Shown here in pieces: positions 39,567-48,682 of a stretch of DNA of 64,000 nt. The stretch spans positions 416,001-480,000 of the forward strand of contig CAVZQN010000003.1 in the NCBI GenBank assembly GCA_963777505.1, read 5' to 3'. The position numbers were made by a program, and so were the translations under genes. Every line of letters starts with the position of its first letter. Position 1 is the stretch's first letter. This stretch comes from an uncultured bacterium. Lineage in GTDB: Bacteria; Acidobacteriota; HRBIN11; JAKEFK01. A model generated the notes under the pieces. The model saw only the letters and a program-made list of their open reading frames with translations. It was not told the origin of the DNA and made no database searches.

Positions 39567-41047
39567 ATCTCAGCCCTGAACTCGCGCAAATCCGCGACGA
39601 AATTAAATCCTATGCTTTGGACTATGGATTGGATCCATTCGAAACAGTTTTCGAAATCCTCGATTTTGATCAGATCAATGAAGTAGCCAGCTACGGCGGC
39701 TTTCCAACCCGGTATCCTCATTGGTCCTTCGGAATGGAATACGAACATCTCAAAAAATCGTATGCATATGGTTTGCATAAAATTTATGAAATGGTCATCA
39801 ATACTGATCCATCGTATGCCTATCTGCTGGAAAACAACGCGATGGTGGATCAAAAGATCGTCATTGCTCATGTCTATGGCCACACAGATTTTTTCAAACA
39901 TAATTACTGGTTTTCTGCAACCAGCCGCAAAATGATGGATGGCATGGCGAATCATGGAACCATCATTCGCCGTTATGCCGAAAAATATGGCTATGATGTT
40001 GTCGAAAGTTTTCTGGATGTGGCACTTTCCATTGACGATCTAATCGATTTTCATTCATTGTTCATCAAAAGACATGCACCGCTTCGCAAGGTTCTTGAAG
40101 ATGAAGATGAGGAACCGCCGGAAATCAGACTGCGATCCAAACATTACATGGATGATTTTGTAAATCCACCGGCGTTTGTTGAAGAGCAGCTTAAGAAAAT
40201 ACAGGACGAAAAGAAAGAGCTCACAAAATTTCCACAACATCCAGAAAAAGATGTCCTGATGTTTTTGATTGATAATTCGCCTATTGAAAATTGGCAGAAG
40301 GTACTTCTATCAATCATCCGGGATGAAGCATATTACTTTGCTCCGCAGCGATTCTCCAAAATCATGAATGAGGGATGGGCGTCCTACTGGCATTCCACGA
40401 TCATGACTGAAAAATGTTTGAAAGATTCTGAATTGATTGATTACGCTGATCACCATTCAGGAACCCTCGCAACAAGTCCAGGGTCGCTCAATCCCTACAA
40501 GCTCGGAATTGAATTATGGAAGGACATTGAAGATCGCTGGAATAAAGGCAAGTTCGGCATGGATTATGAATACTGCGATGATATGGAAAAATTAAAGAAC
40601 TGGGATCTTGAGCTTGGATTAGGACGTCAAAAGATTTTCGAAGTACGTCGAGTCGCGAATGATATTACGTTTATCGATAACTATCTTACTAAGGAATTTT
40701 GCGTTAAACATAAATTATTCACATATAAATTCAATGATGTAACAGGGATGTACGAGATTTCTGATCGAGATTTCAACGCAATCAAACAGAAGCTATTGTA
40801 TCAACTAACAAATTTTGGCCAGCCGATTATTCATGTGGTTGATGGAAATTACAAGAATCGCGGAGAACTTCATTTAGTTCATAAACATGAAGGTATTGAT
40901 CTGGATATTAATTACGCCCGCGATACGATTGAGAACATTTTTCAAGTCTGGAAACGGACTGTCCATCTTGAAACAACTGTAGGTGATAAGGGTAAACTCT
41001 TCACTTTTGACGGAAAAGACCACATCGAACTCAATATCAATAATTAA
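39563..41047 (+). CDS. spoVR: SpoVR/YcgB family protein
   Basis: [43 protein letters not shown]. Confidence 0.95.
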   Translation: MNLSPELAQIRDEIKSYALDYGLDPFETVFEILDFDQINEVASYGGFPTRYPHWSFGMEYEHLKKSYAYGLHKIYEMVINTDPSYAYLLENNAMVDQKIVIAHVYGHTDFFKHNYWFSATSRKMMDGMANHGTIIRRYAEKYGYDVVESFLDVALSIDDLIDFHSLFIKRHAPLRKVLEDEDEEPPEIRLRSKHYMDDFVNPPAFVEEQLKKIQDEKKELTKFPQHPEKDVLMFLIDNSPIENWQKVLLSIIRDEAYYFAPQRFSKIMNEGWASYWHSTIMTEKCLKDSELIDYADHHSGTLATSPGSLNPYKLGIELWKDIEDRWNKGKFGMDYEYCDDMEKLKNWDLELGLGRQKIFEVRRVANDITFIDNYLTKEFCVKHKLFTYKFNDVTGMYEISDRDFNAIKQKLLYQLTNFGQPIIHVVDGNYKNRGELHLVHKHEGIDLDINYARDTIENIFQVWKRTVHLETTVGDKGKLFTFDGKDHIELNINN

Positions 41048-41163
41048 TTTCAGATTTCAGATGCTGGATTTCAGATTGAAATTGAAAGAATTGTAGATTT
41101 AGCGAAAGCTCTCAATCTGAAATCATAAATTTCAATCTGATATCTGAAATCTAAAATCTCAAA
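41048..41163. repeat. Inverted arrays of degenerate heptamers (TTTCAGA / AATCTGA)
   Basis: Left TTTCAGA TTTCAGA TGCTGGA TTTCAGA; right AATCTGA TATCTGA AATCTAA AATCTCA. Confidence 0.7.
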
Positions 41164-41946
41164 TCACTCATTCGGGTCGTTGCCTTCCTGATCCCGTAGC
41201 CAACCAGGTGGCACTGCTTTATCTTTTGCTTCATTCATGAGGTCATTCAGGTCGGCGCGTTCTTGTTCCAATTGTGATTGTGCTGAATCAGCCATTTCGC
41301 AAACTTTTTCCCGCGTTTCAGTCATTTGTAATTCATTGCCTTCCTGATCTACAAGAATATGAGTTTGAACTGTAATTTGTTTGAGTTCTTCACATTCTTT
41401 GGCGAGCCGATAATAGCGATCTTCAGCTACTTTTACACGTTCGCGAGATTTTTCAGAAAGTGCTTGCCATTCCTTCTCACTTTCTAATGAAAAATCATCG
41501 TTTACAAGTTCCGGATCGGCCGGAGTTGTTTCCGCCCCTTCTGTGGGTTCTTCATACGCGTTTTCATTGAAGGTTCCCTCGCCAAGATCATATTTCTCGC
41601 GCAGTTTTTCCAAATCTTCTTCTGATAGCTTTTTTGCCGGTTTCCGAGGGGCGGGTTTTTCTTGAGCCTTTACCGGTGCAGCTTGTTCAGATTTCTCGCT
41701 TTGTGAAGAAACAACGGTTTTGGCAGGTGGATTTGTAGCTTGAGTCTTTTCAACATCAATATTCGTCTTCTTAATATTGATTCGTAAACCATCGGCATCC
41801 TGAAGTACGACTAATGAAGCGTCTTCGCTTACCACTGTGCCTTTGACTACTTTCCCGTTCTTTAAAACGACATCATATGCCTGACTTGCTGCTGCAAAAA
41901 ACAACAGCATCAGTATGCATACAAGATGTTGCCCTCTTATTTTCAT
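41164..41946 (-). CDS. Hypothetical secreted protein (small beta domain, linker, coiled coil, PPGWLR end motif)
   Basis: Signal peptide; VVLKNGKVVKGTVV beta domain; C-terminal helices ending AVPPGWLR. Confidence 0.75.
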   Translation of the reverse strand: MKIRGQHLVCILMLLFFAAASQAYDVVLKNGKVVKGTVVSEDASLVVLQDADGLRINIKKTNIDVEKTQATNPPAKTVVSSQSEKSEQAAPVKAQEKPAPRKPAKKLSEEDLEKLREKYDLGEGTFNENAYEEPTEGAETTPADPELVNDDFSLESEKEWQALSEKSRERVKVAEDRYYRLAKECEELKQITVQTHILVDQEGNELQMTETREKVCEMADSAQSQLEQERADLNDLMNEAKDKAVPPGWLRDQEGNDPNE

Positions 41947-42003
41947 GTTTATCCTCACTGAAATGATCTTGACAGAAAAGCGGCAGAAAAGGCAAATAGA
42001 GCC

Positions 42004-44214
42004 CTACTTTATACGGACAATCGTGTTGTAATCGGGCTCCTGGGATTGAGGATCAATTCGTCGAGAAATCAGGACATTTGCTTCGGGCCAGAACATTTGA
42101 ATTGTGCCCGGATGAACCTTGGCGATTTTGCATACGCCTGAAAAGGTGCCTGTTTCAGATTCAAGGGTCATTTGGCTTCCTTCATGAAGACCAAGCCTGG
42201 ATGCGTCTTCATTCGAGAGAAAAATGTCATCACGTCTCTTACTTCCAACTAACGGATCATCGACACCATAGACAATGCTATTGAATTGTTTTCCCCGGCG
42301 TGTTGCAAGATAAAACTCGCCTTCTTCTAAAATTGTATTTGAAGGTTGAACCGCAGAAAAACGGGCGCGCCCATCAGGAGTATTGCAGACTCCATCAGTC
42401 AAAAGCATGGGACCGCCATATTGAAAAGAGTCGCCCTCTTTTTGCAAATTTTGAACACCGGCATACGATGGGATGAGCCTACCCATTTCTTCTCGAATTT
42501 CCTGAGCAGTTGTAAAAGCTAAATGTGATTTTTTATCTTCAGGTAAGACTCGTTGAGCAAGATTAACGACGATTTGCCATTCACTGCGCGATTCTCCGAT
42601 TCGTGGACCTTTGATCTCAGGAGAATAACGAATACGTCGTTCCGTGTTTGTGACTGTTCCGCCGCCGGCTTGTTCATAGCGTGTCTGACCAGGAAACACC
42701 AATACTGTATCCGCGGGATCAACGAACATAGAAGAATTTAAAAACAAGTCCTGATGAATTCGAAGCGGAACACGTTCCAGTGCTTCACGGACGTAAATTA
42801 CGTCCGGCATCGTATCCAAAAAATTTCCACCCATAATGTAAAACGCATCGAGTTGTCCTTCATGCGCCGCATCCAGCATGTCTGCGGCCGATAATCCTTT
42901 CCACGAAGGGATATCGCTTGTGTCCCAAAGTTCTGCAACTTTTGCTGCTCCTGCTTCACTCACTGGAAGTCCCATAAAATAATCTCCCGGAACCGAACCG
43001 ACTTCTGCTGCTCCCTGGACTCCGCTATGGCCGCGAATTGGAACAACTCCAGTATTTGGACGTCCAATCATCCCTCGCGCAAGAGCAATATTGATGAGCG
43101 CTTGAACATTTTCCACACCAAATCTGTGCTGAGTTAATCCCATACTCCAGATAAAAATGGCAGTATTAACGCCTGCGTAAATTTCAGCAAAGCGACTCAT
43201 TTCGTTTTTAGAAGTTCCGGAGTGACGTTCAAGGACATCCCACGATTGTTTACTCAATTCTGTTTTCATTTCTTCAAACGCATTGGTGTGCTCACGGATA
43301 AAAGTCTGATCAATCCAATTTCGTTCGATCAGTATTTTCATGACTCCGTTATAGAAAGCCACATCGCCACCAACGGAAATTCGGAAGAAATCATCCATTA
43401 GTTTCGTGCCGAAGATCGCGCTTTTTGTAACTGAAGGAATCCAATAATTTTCCAAACCTGGTTCCTGATACGGATTTACTACAATAATTCGCGCGCCTTT
43501 CTGCTTGGCATAATAAAGGTACTTTGTTGCTACGGGCTGATTGTTCGCGATATTCGCTCCAGCCAGCACGATCAAGTCCGATCCAATCCAATCCGAATTA
43601 GAACAAGATGATGCAGCAATCCCCAAAGTATTTTTCAAAGCTGTTGTACTGGCTGCATGGCATAACCGGGCTGCGTTATCAACATTATTGGTTCCCATCA
43701 GCCTGGCGAATTTGCCGGTGACATAATAGACTTCGTTTGTTAAACCGCGCGACGTTGTGTAAATCGCAAAACGATGCGGATCAATATTTGTTAAATATTT
43801 TGAAGCAATTTTTAACGCTTCATCCCACGAAATTCTTGTGAAAGTCAGATCGCCTTTCCTTCTTATCATTGGATAGGGAAGTCGTCCCATCTCTCGCAGT
43901 TCTTGTCCACTCATTGTTCGCAGCCGTGAAATTTCTGGTAGTTCCGAAAGAGCGGGCATTGTGTTGATGCGGAGGAGTCGGAGGCGGGACATGCAGAGGT
44001 GGACTCCCTTGATCGTGTCATCGCGAAGTCCATAGGGTCCTAATGAACACCCGTCGCAAACTCCATGATTCACAATCCTCCACGCGTAGCCGAGATTGTC
44101 GCGGTTCTCCCACAGTATTCGTGCCATATCGCGATAATGATTTGGCTTGGATTTACCAATTCCAAATGGAACAAGACTAGCGATCCGTTCACGAGATAAT
44201 TTTTTTTGTTTCAT
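42004..44214 (-). CDS. FdhF/YdeP-family molybdopterin oxidoreductase
   Basis: GVCDGCSLG, RLCHAAS (Cys, not Sec), PIRGHSGVQG, TRRGKQFNS, WPEAN. Confidence 0.92.
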   Translation of the reverse strand: MKQKKLSRERIASLVPFGIGKSKPNHYRDMARILWENRDNLGYAWRIVNHGVCDGCSLGPYGLRDDTIKGVHLCMSRLRLLRINTMPALSELPEISRLRTMSGQELREMGRLPYPMIRRKGDLTFTRISWDEALKIASKYLTNIDPHRFAIYTTSRGLTNEVYYVTGKFARLMGTNNVDNAARLCHAASTTALKNTLGIAASSCSNSDWIGSDLIVLAGANIANNQPVATKYLYYAKQKGARIIVVNPYQEPGLENYWIPSVTKSAIFGTKLMDDFFRISVGGDVAFYNGVMKILIERNWIDQTFIREHTNAFEEMKTELSKQSWDVLERHSGTSKNEMSRFAEIYAGVNTAIFIWSMGLTQHRFGVENVQALINIALARGMIGRPNTGVVPIRGHSGVQGAAEVGSVPGDYFMGLPVSEAGAAKVAELWDTSDIPSWKGLSAADMLDAAHEGQLDAFYIMGGNFLDTMPDVIYVREALERVPLRIHQDLFLNSSMFVDPADTVLVFPGQTRYEQAGGGTVTNTERRIRYSPEIKGPRIGESRSEWQIVVNLAQRVLPEDKKSHLAFTTAQEIREEMGRLIPSYAGVQNLQKEGDSFQYGGPMLLTDGVCNTPDGRARFSAVQPSNTILEEGEFYLATRRGKQFNSIVYGVDDPLVGSKRRDDIFLSNEDASRLGLHEGSQMTLESETGTFSGVCKIAKVHPGTIQMFWPEANVLISRRIDPQSQEPDYNTIVRIK

Positions 44215-44582
44215 ATCGTCGGTTTCAGCTTTAAAAATGCTGCAATAAGAATCGAATGGCCTGCCATAAACAAAAGACCACCAAGCGGAGTGATCATTCC
44301 AAGCCAGCGAAATTCCGTCACTGAAAGGAGATATAAACTGCCGGAAAACAAAATGATGCCACCGACGTAAAGCCAGCCAGCATATCGAAACCACTTTCCT
44401 CGTTCAACGAGAAGGGAAACGACCAAAATCGCAAGCGAATGTATAAACTGATATTGCACCGCTGTATTAAAAACCTCTCTCATGCGTTCCGATAGATGAT
44501 CCCGCAAGGCGTGTGCTCCGAATGCACCGAGTGCGACGGACGACAAAAGGGAAACGGCAGCGATTGTACCGAAAAGGCGCAT
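44211..44582 (-). CDS. DUF423 (YgdD/TMEM256) membrane protein
   Basis: GAFGAHAL, TAVQYQFIH, LFSGSLY, ITPLGG. Confidence 0.92.
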   Translation of the reverse strand: MRLFGTIAAVSLLSSVALGAFGAHALRDHLSERMREVFNTAVQYQFIHSLAILVVSLLVERGKWFRYAGWLYVGGIILFSGSLYLLSVTEFRWLGMITPLGGLLFMAGHSILIAAFLKLKPTI

Positions 44583-44835
44583 TGCTGAACCTCCAGAAAC
44601 AAAACATACATTATACATACCCTCAACGACAAAATCGGACGAACTCAGCGCCCGATTGTGAAGTTTCATAAGCAACTTTCTTTAGATATCGTCTTTCTTG
44701 ACAATTCTTTGCTCTCCTCTATATTAGAAAATGATTTACTATGTGGACGCGTAAAGCTATAATTTTGTCCATAGCAATCGGGGCTTTTTGCGGCAGACAT
44801 TAATTCCTGATTCTCATAAGGAGGGCATAGAATCT

Positions 44836-45897
44836 ATGCGAAAGACGTTGTTAATGTTGTTTTTGTTAATACCTCTTCTATTCGTCATAACTAATGTACA
44901 GGCACAGGTAGGATCTGAAGGCAGCGACACCGTCTTAAAGGCCGGAGAGTTGGGGATTTCGCCTTTATTTTATCAGGATGAAGATACCGTAGATATATCG
45001 ACTGGAAGCAATAGCTATTTCTGGTTTATTGATGTATATGGCGGTAAAGAAAGGTTGTTCCAGGATGACGAACCTGGTGGTCGATGTGCAGCCCTCCTCG
45101 GTTTTAAGGGTGGAATTACCCCACGATTGGGTGAAAATGTCGAACTTGAAGCAGCTTTAGGTGGGAAATTTAATCTTGAAGAAGGCGACGATTCCAGTAT
45201 TTTTGGCGATCTTGCACTGAATGGAATATTTGGCGGCGGGTTCGTAGGTGCTGGTGTTAGTTTTTGGGATCTAACCGAAGATGACACAAGAACAGTCGCA
45301 TTGTTAGCCCATTTTGGAATCGATTTAGTTGAAACCGGTAAAGTACAACTTGTTGCGGAAGGCCGAATCCCATTTGATCAATTTGACGATGCTGGAAGCA
45401 ATTACATGTTCTGGGGAGGCGTCCGTTTCCGATTTGGCGAAGGACGTACCATAGGCGGGGCCGTACCACCACCGCCAACAGCTCCACCGGCACCACCTCC
45501 AGCTCCTCCACCATCACCTTCGGCTCCCACAGCGCCTCCTGAAGCCGTCGAACCTGAGTTCGTATGGCCGGAAGTATACTTCCCATTTGATCAGTACATC
45601 TTAACAGCGGAAACTCGCGAAAAGATTGATTCTGTTGCGAAGTATCTGAACGATAATCCGAATTCAGGCATTACGATTGAAGGGCATTGCTGCTATATAG
45701 GTACAGATGAATATAACCTTGCCCTTGGACAACAGCGCGCTGATGCGATTCGTGATTATCTAACTGGAAAAGGCATTGCAGCGAGCCGTTTAAAGACAGT
45801 TAGTTACGGAGAAGCGCAACCTAAATACGATAATTCCAAAGAAATTACTCGCCGTTTCAACAGGCGCGGAATCTTTGTGGTTATTCGACCTCAATAA
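44836..45897 (+). CDS. OmpA-family protein (beta-barrel-like N-domain, Pro linker, Pal-like C-domain)
   Basis: Signal peptide; VYFPFD, IEGH, EYNLALGQQRA, VSYGEAQP, NRR. Confidence 0.88.
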   Translation: MRKTLLMLFLLIPLLFVITNVQAQVGSEGSDTVLKAGELGISPLFYQDEDTVDISTGSNSYFWFIDVYGGKERLFQDDEPGGRCAALLGFKGGITPRLGENVELEAALGGKFNLEEGDDSSIFGDLALNGIFGGGFVGAGVSFWDLTEDDTRTVALLAHFGIDLVETGKVQLVAEGRIPFDQFDDAGSNYMFWGGVRFRFGEGRTIGGAVPPPPTAPPAPPPAPPPSPSAPTAPPEAVEPEFVWPEVYFPFDQYILTAETREKIDSVAKYLNDNPNSGITIEGHCCYIGTDEYNLALGQQRADAIRDYLTGKGIAASRLKTVSYGEAQPKYDNSKEITRRFNRRGIFVVIRPQ

Positions 45898-45914
45898 GAA
45901 ATTTTCCGATACAG

Positions 45915-45943
45915 GCCCCGAGGGAAACCTCGGGGCTTTTTTT
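45915..45943 (+). terminator. Intrinsic terminator after the OmpA gene
   Basis: GCCCCGAGG-GAAA-CCTCGGGGC-T7. Confidence 0.88.
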
Positions 45944-46082
45944 GTGTCCGAAAGGCTGATTCTTGCCATCTTATCCCTGCGGAATTACATTTCTATTTAA
46001 AGGGTGAATATTCTAAGGGTGAATTGCCGTGCTTTTACGAATCAGAGTTCCGAAGGATTGGCTCTTCAAACGCCGCGCATCA

Positions 46083-46784
46083 ATGCCCGTTGATGTGGAT
46101 GAGGTGAAGTGTCCTCAGTGTAATTACACAATCCAACCAGATGATAAATTTTGCGGACACTGCCACGCTGTCATCTTACGCAGATATTGCCAGCCATGCA
46201 GAAAATTAGTTCCGGATCACACAGACTTGTGTCCATACTGTGGGGCATCCGCAAAAGAAAAACGGAAACATCGTGATTGGGTTAGTGTAACCAACATCGC
46301 AATGGTCAGTAGTCTTTTCTTAGCAACAACCATTCTTCTCTGGCCGGAACAGAAAGCGGATCAGAAAACATCAATTCAACAATCGAATCGGACGACGGTT
46401 ACGTCAGCTCCGAAGTCAGGCAAAGATGCAGGCGAAGCAAACAAGCACGAACAAGCAATTTCCGTTGCTCAAGTTAGTCCCGAAAAGAATCCGGAGACCG
46501 GCGTCCGACTAAACCTGAAAGGGCATAGTTTGATTCAACAAGGCCGGTATCATGAAGCCGTCTCGCTCTTATCCCAGTCCATTAGAAGTTTTCCCGAAGG
46601 CACGAATATGATTGAGTACTTTTTTGCGCAATATAACCTTGGACACTCCCTCCGCAAAATTGGAAAATCAGAAGAAGCTATCCCTTACCTGGAACGATGC
46701 GTAGCGTACGATAGACAAAATCAAATGTTCCAGCGCGAACTAGCAGCTGCCCGCCGTGATCTGTTACGAAAAGAAAATTACTAA
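46083..46784 (+). CDS. Double zinc-ribbon, TM and TPR protein
   Basis: CPQC, CGHC, CQPC, CPYC; one TM; C-terminal TPRs (AQYNLGHSLRKIG). Confidence 0.8.
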   Translation: MPVDVDEVKCPQCNYTIQPDDKFCGHCHAVILRRYCQPCRKLVPDHTDLCPYCGASAKEKRKHRDWVSVTNIAMVSSLFLATTILLWPEQKADQKTSIQQSNRTTVTSAPKSGKDAGEANKHEQAISVAQVSPEKNPETGVRLNLKGHSLIQQGRYHEAVSLLSQSIRSFPEGTNMIEYFFAQYNLGHSLRKIGKSEEAIPYLERCVAYDRQNQMFQRELAAARRDLLRKENY

Positions 46785-46796
46785 GAAGTGGTAGTT

Positions 46797-47300
46797 TCAG
46801 CGATTCGCAATTTTTTCGATTTCGGCAGGAATCGTAAATTCCAAACGGGCTCCAACTTTTAGGTTGTGCTTCTTTGCGAAGCCACCATTAACTTCCAAAA
46901 CATATTTCGATTTTTGCATCGGTGCATATGAATCACATGGATCGCTCGTACACGGTACTGCTGTTGCAAAATAAACAACCTCTTTCCGTTCATTCAACCA
47001 GATAAGGTCAAGCGGGATGAGAGTATTTTTCATCCAAAAACTATGCTGATCGACATATGGAAAAATAAAAAGCATTCCTGAATCAGAAGGAAGAGATTCA
47101 CGAAACATCAACCCGCGCTGCCGTGTTTCATCTGTATAAGCGATTTCGGCTTCAATCTTTATGTCGGGCGGCACAATGACTGTGGTAGTGGGCAAGGATT
47201 TCTCTCCATCTTTCGCCTGGACATTCAATTGCACAGCAAAAACAAGAAATGCAGCGCCAAATAAAGCCAGTCTTCCGAACTTTCGCAAAGTATCAATCAT
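46797..47300 (-). CDS. DUF192 family protein
   Basis: RQRGLMFR, GMLFIF, FWMKNTLIPLD, YVLEVNGG. Confidence 0.92.
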   Translation of the reverse strand: MIDTLRKFGRLALFGAAFLVFAVQLNVQAKDGEKSLPTTTVIVPPDIKIEAEIAYTDETRQRGLMFRESLPSDSGMLFIFPYVDQHSFWMKNTLIPLDLIWLNERKEVVYFATAVPCTSDPCDSYAPMQKSKYVLEVNGGFAKKHNLKVGARLEFTIPAEIEKIANR

Positions 47301-47430
47301 GTATTGATAGACAATAATCAACCAAAACAACGCTTTTGACAAGAACGAAACGCGCTTACCTGTCATTGACAAAAACGCGACAAAAGCCCATCATGACTGA
47401 TAGATTAGTTCTGGAGATGATTAATAAAGG

Positions 47431-48682
47431 GTGACAACAGATCATCCGGATAGTGGGCTCAAAAAGGGTTCTAGTTTCAAGCCATACGAGCGAACTGTCT
47501 CTACTTCAAAAAAGTTTTTGTTTTCTTCCATAACCTTCGTTGTTTTCTTCCTCTGTATTGAAGTTGCTCTCGTTCTGTTTGGGTTTTCCTTTCAGATTTC
47601 TTCAGATAACACCGAAAAAGCAACACTGGTTCGGCCTGGGATTTCAACAGGATCCACAGCTTCCATGGAGCTGGATGCCGAAGCCCGGTGGAGAAGGTAT
47701 TGCCGGAGAAGCCCCTTTTCATTTCAATGAAAAGGGTTTTCGAAAACCAACCACTAGCTCTACAGAAGAGATCAAGGAAACATTGCGCGTTGTGTGCATG
47801 GGCGATTCTTGCACGATGGGGTGGGAAGTCTTAAACAAGCAAACTTTTTGTCACGTATTAAAAGAACTTCTGGAGAAGTCGCTATCTGTCACAGTTGAAA
47901 CCATTAATGCAGGAGTTCCAGGCTACACAACCTTTCAAGGTCTGCATCAGCTGAATACACGAATTTTTTCCTTAAATCCTGATGTAATCGTATTTAGTTA
48001 TTGTTGGAACGATCACACTTTTGCAATTCACATGCATGAAACCCTGAATGTTTTTATGGATGAGAATTTCTTCGGACTTCCAGATAAAGATTTGCCGGGT
48101 CCAACTTTATCCAGCAAGATTCATTCTTCTCTATCGAGGCTCCGGTCATATCAAATGATGGATTTTTTTGCGTCAAAAATGAGAAGGGAGGAGCCACAAG
48201 GTTCAAAGAAAGTGAATGGTGTTCTTGTAGATATAGAGAAAGTGCCTGTTCGCGTTTCACTTGATGAGTATCGGCAAAATTTCAAACAGATGATTGATTT
48301 ATCAATACAAAAGGGCATTTATCCTGTTTTGATGAATCAGCCGTCACAGCCGCTCCGTTCAACGAGCGCCTTTTCGGAATTAGAAAAAAGCCTGAATTAC
48401 AAGGCACCTGATGAAAAAAGTTGGTTTCAGTTTTGTCGCGCAATGCGCAATTTGTTTATTCGGCGTCAAGAAGAATATAACGAATCGATGATGGAAGTTG
48501 CCAGAGAAAATCGGATTCCATTTGTAGATATGATTTCGATTTTCGAACGGCATGGGAAAATAGAAGAACTGCTGATCGATCCAGTTCATCCTACTGCGAA
48601 AGGACATTCCATGATTGCAAATGAATTGAGCCGAACAATCCTGAAGTTCGTTAAAACGGATCAGGCATCAACTCTGCGGTGA
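47431..48682 (+). CDS. Membrane-anchored SGNH/GDSL hydrolase; apparent +1 frameshift near 47591
   Basis: N-terminal TM in ORF 47431; MGDSCTMG, INAGVPGY, WND, DPVHP in ORF 47540. Confidence 0.85.

Noticed and set aside
42004-44214. Selenocysteine formate dehydrogenase
   Set aside because: Active-site position is Cys (RLCH) in an uninterrupted frame; the ORF extension to 44394 overlaps DUF423 and is spurious
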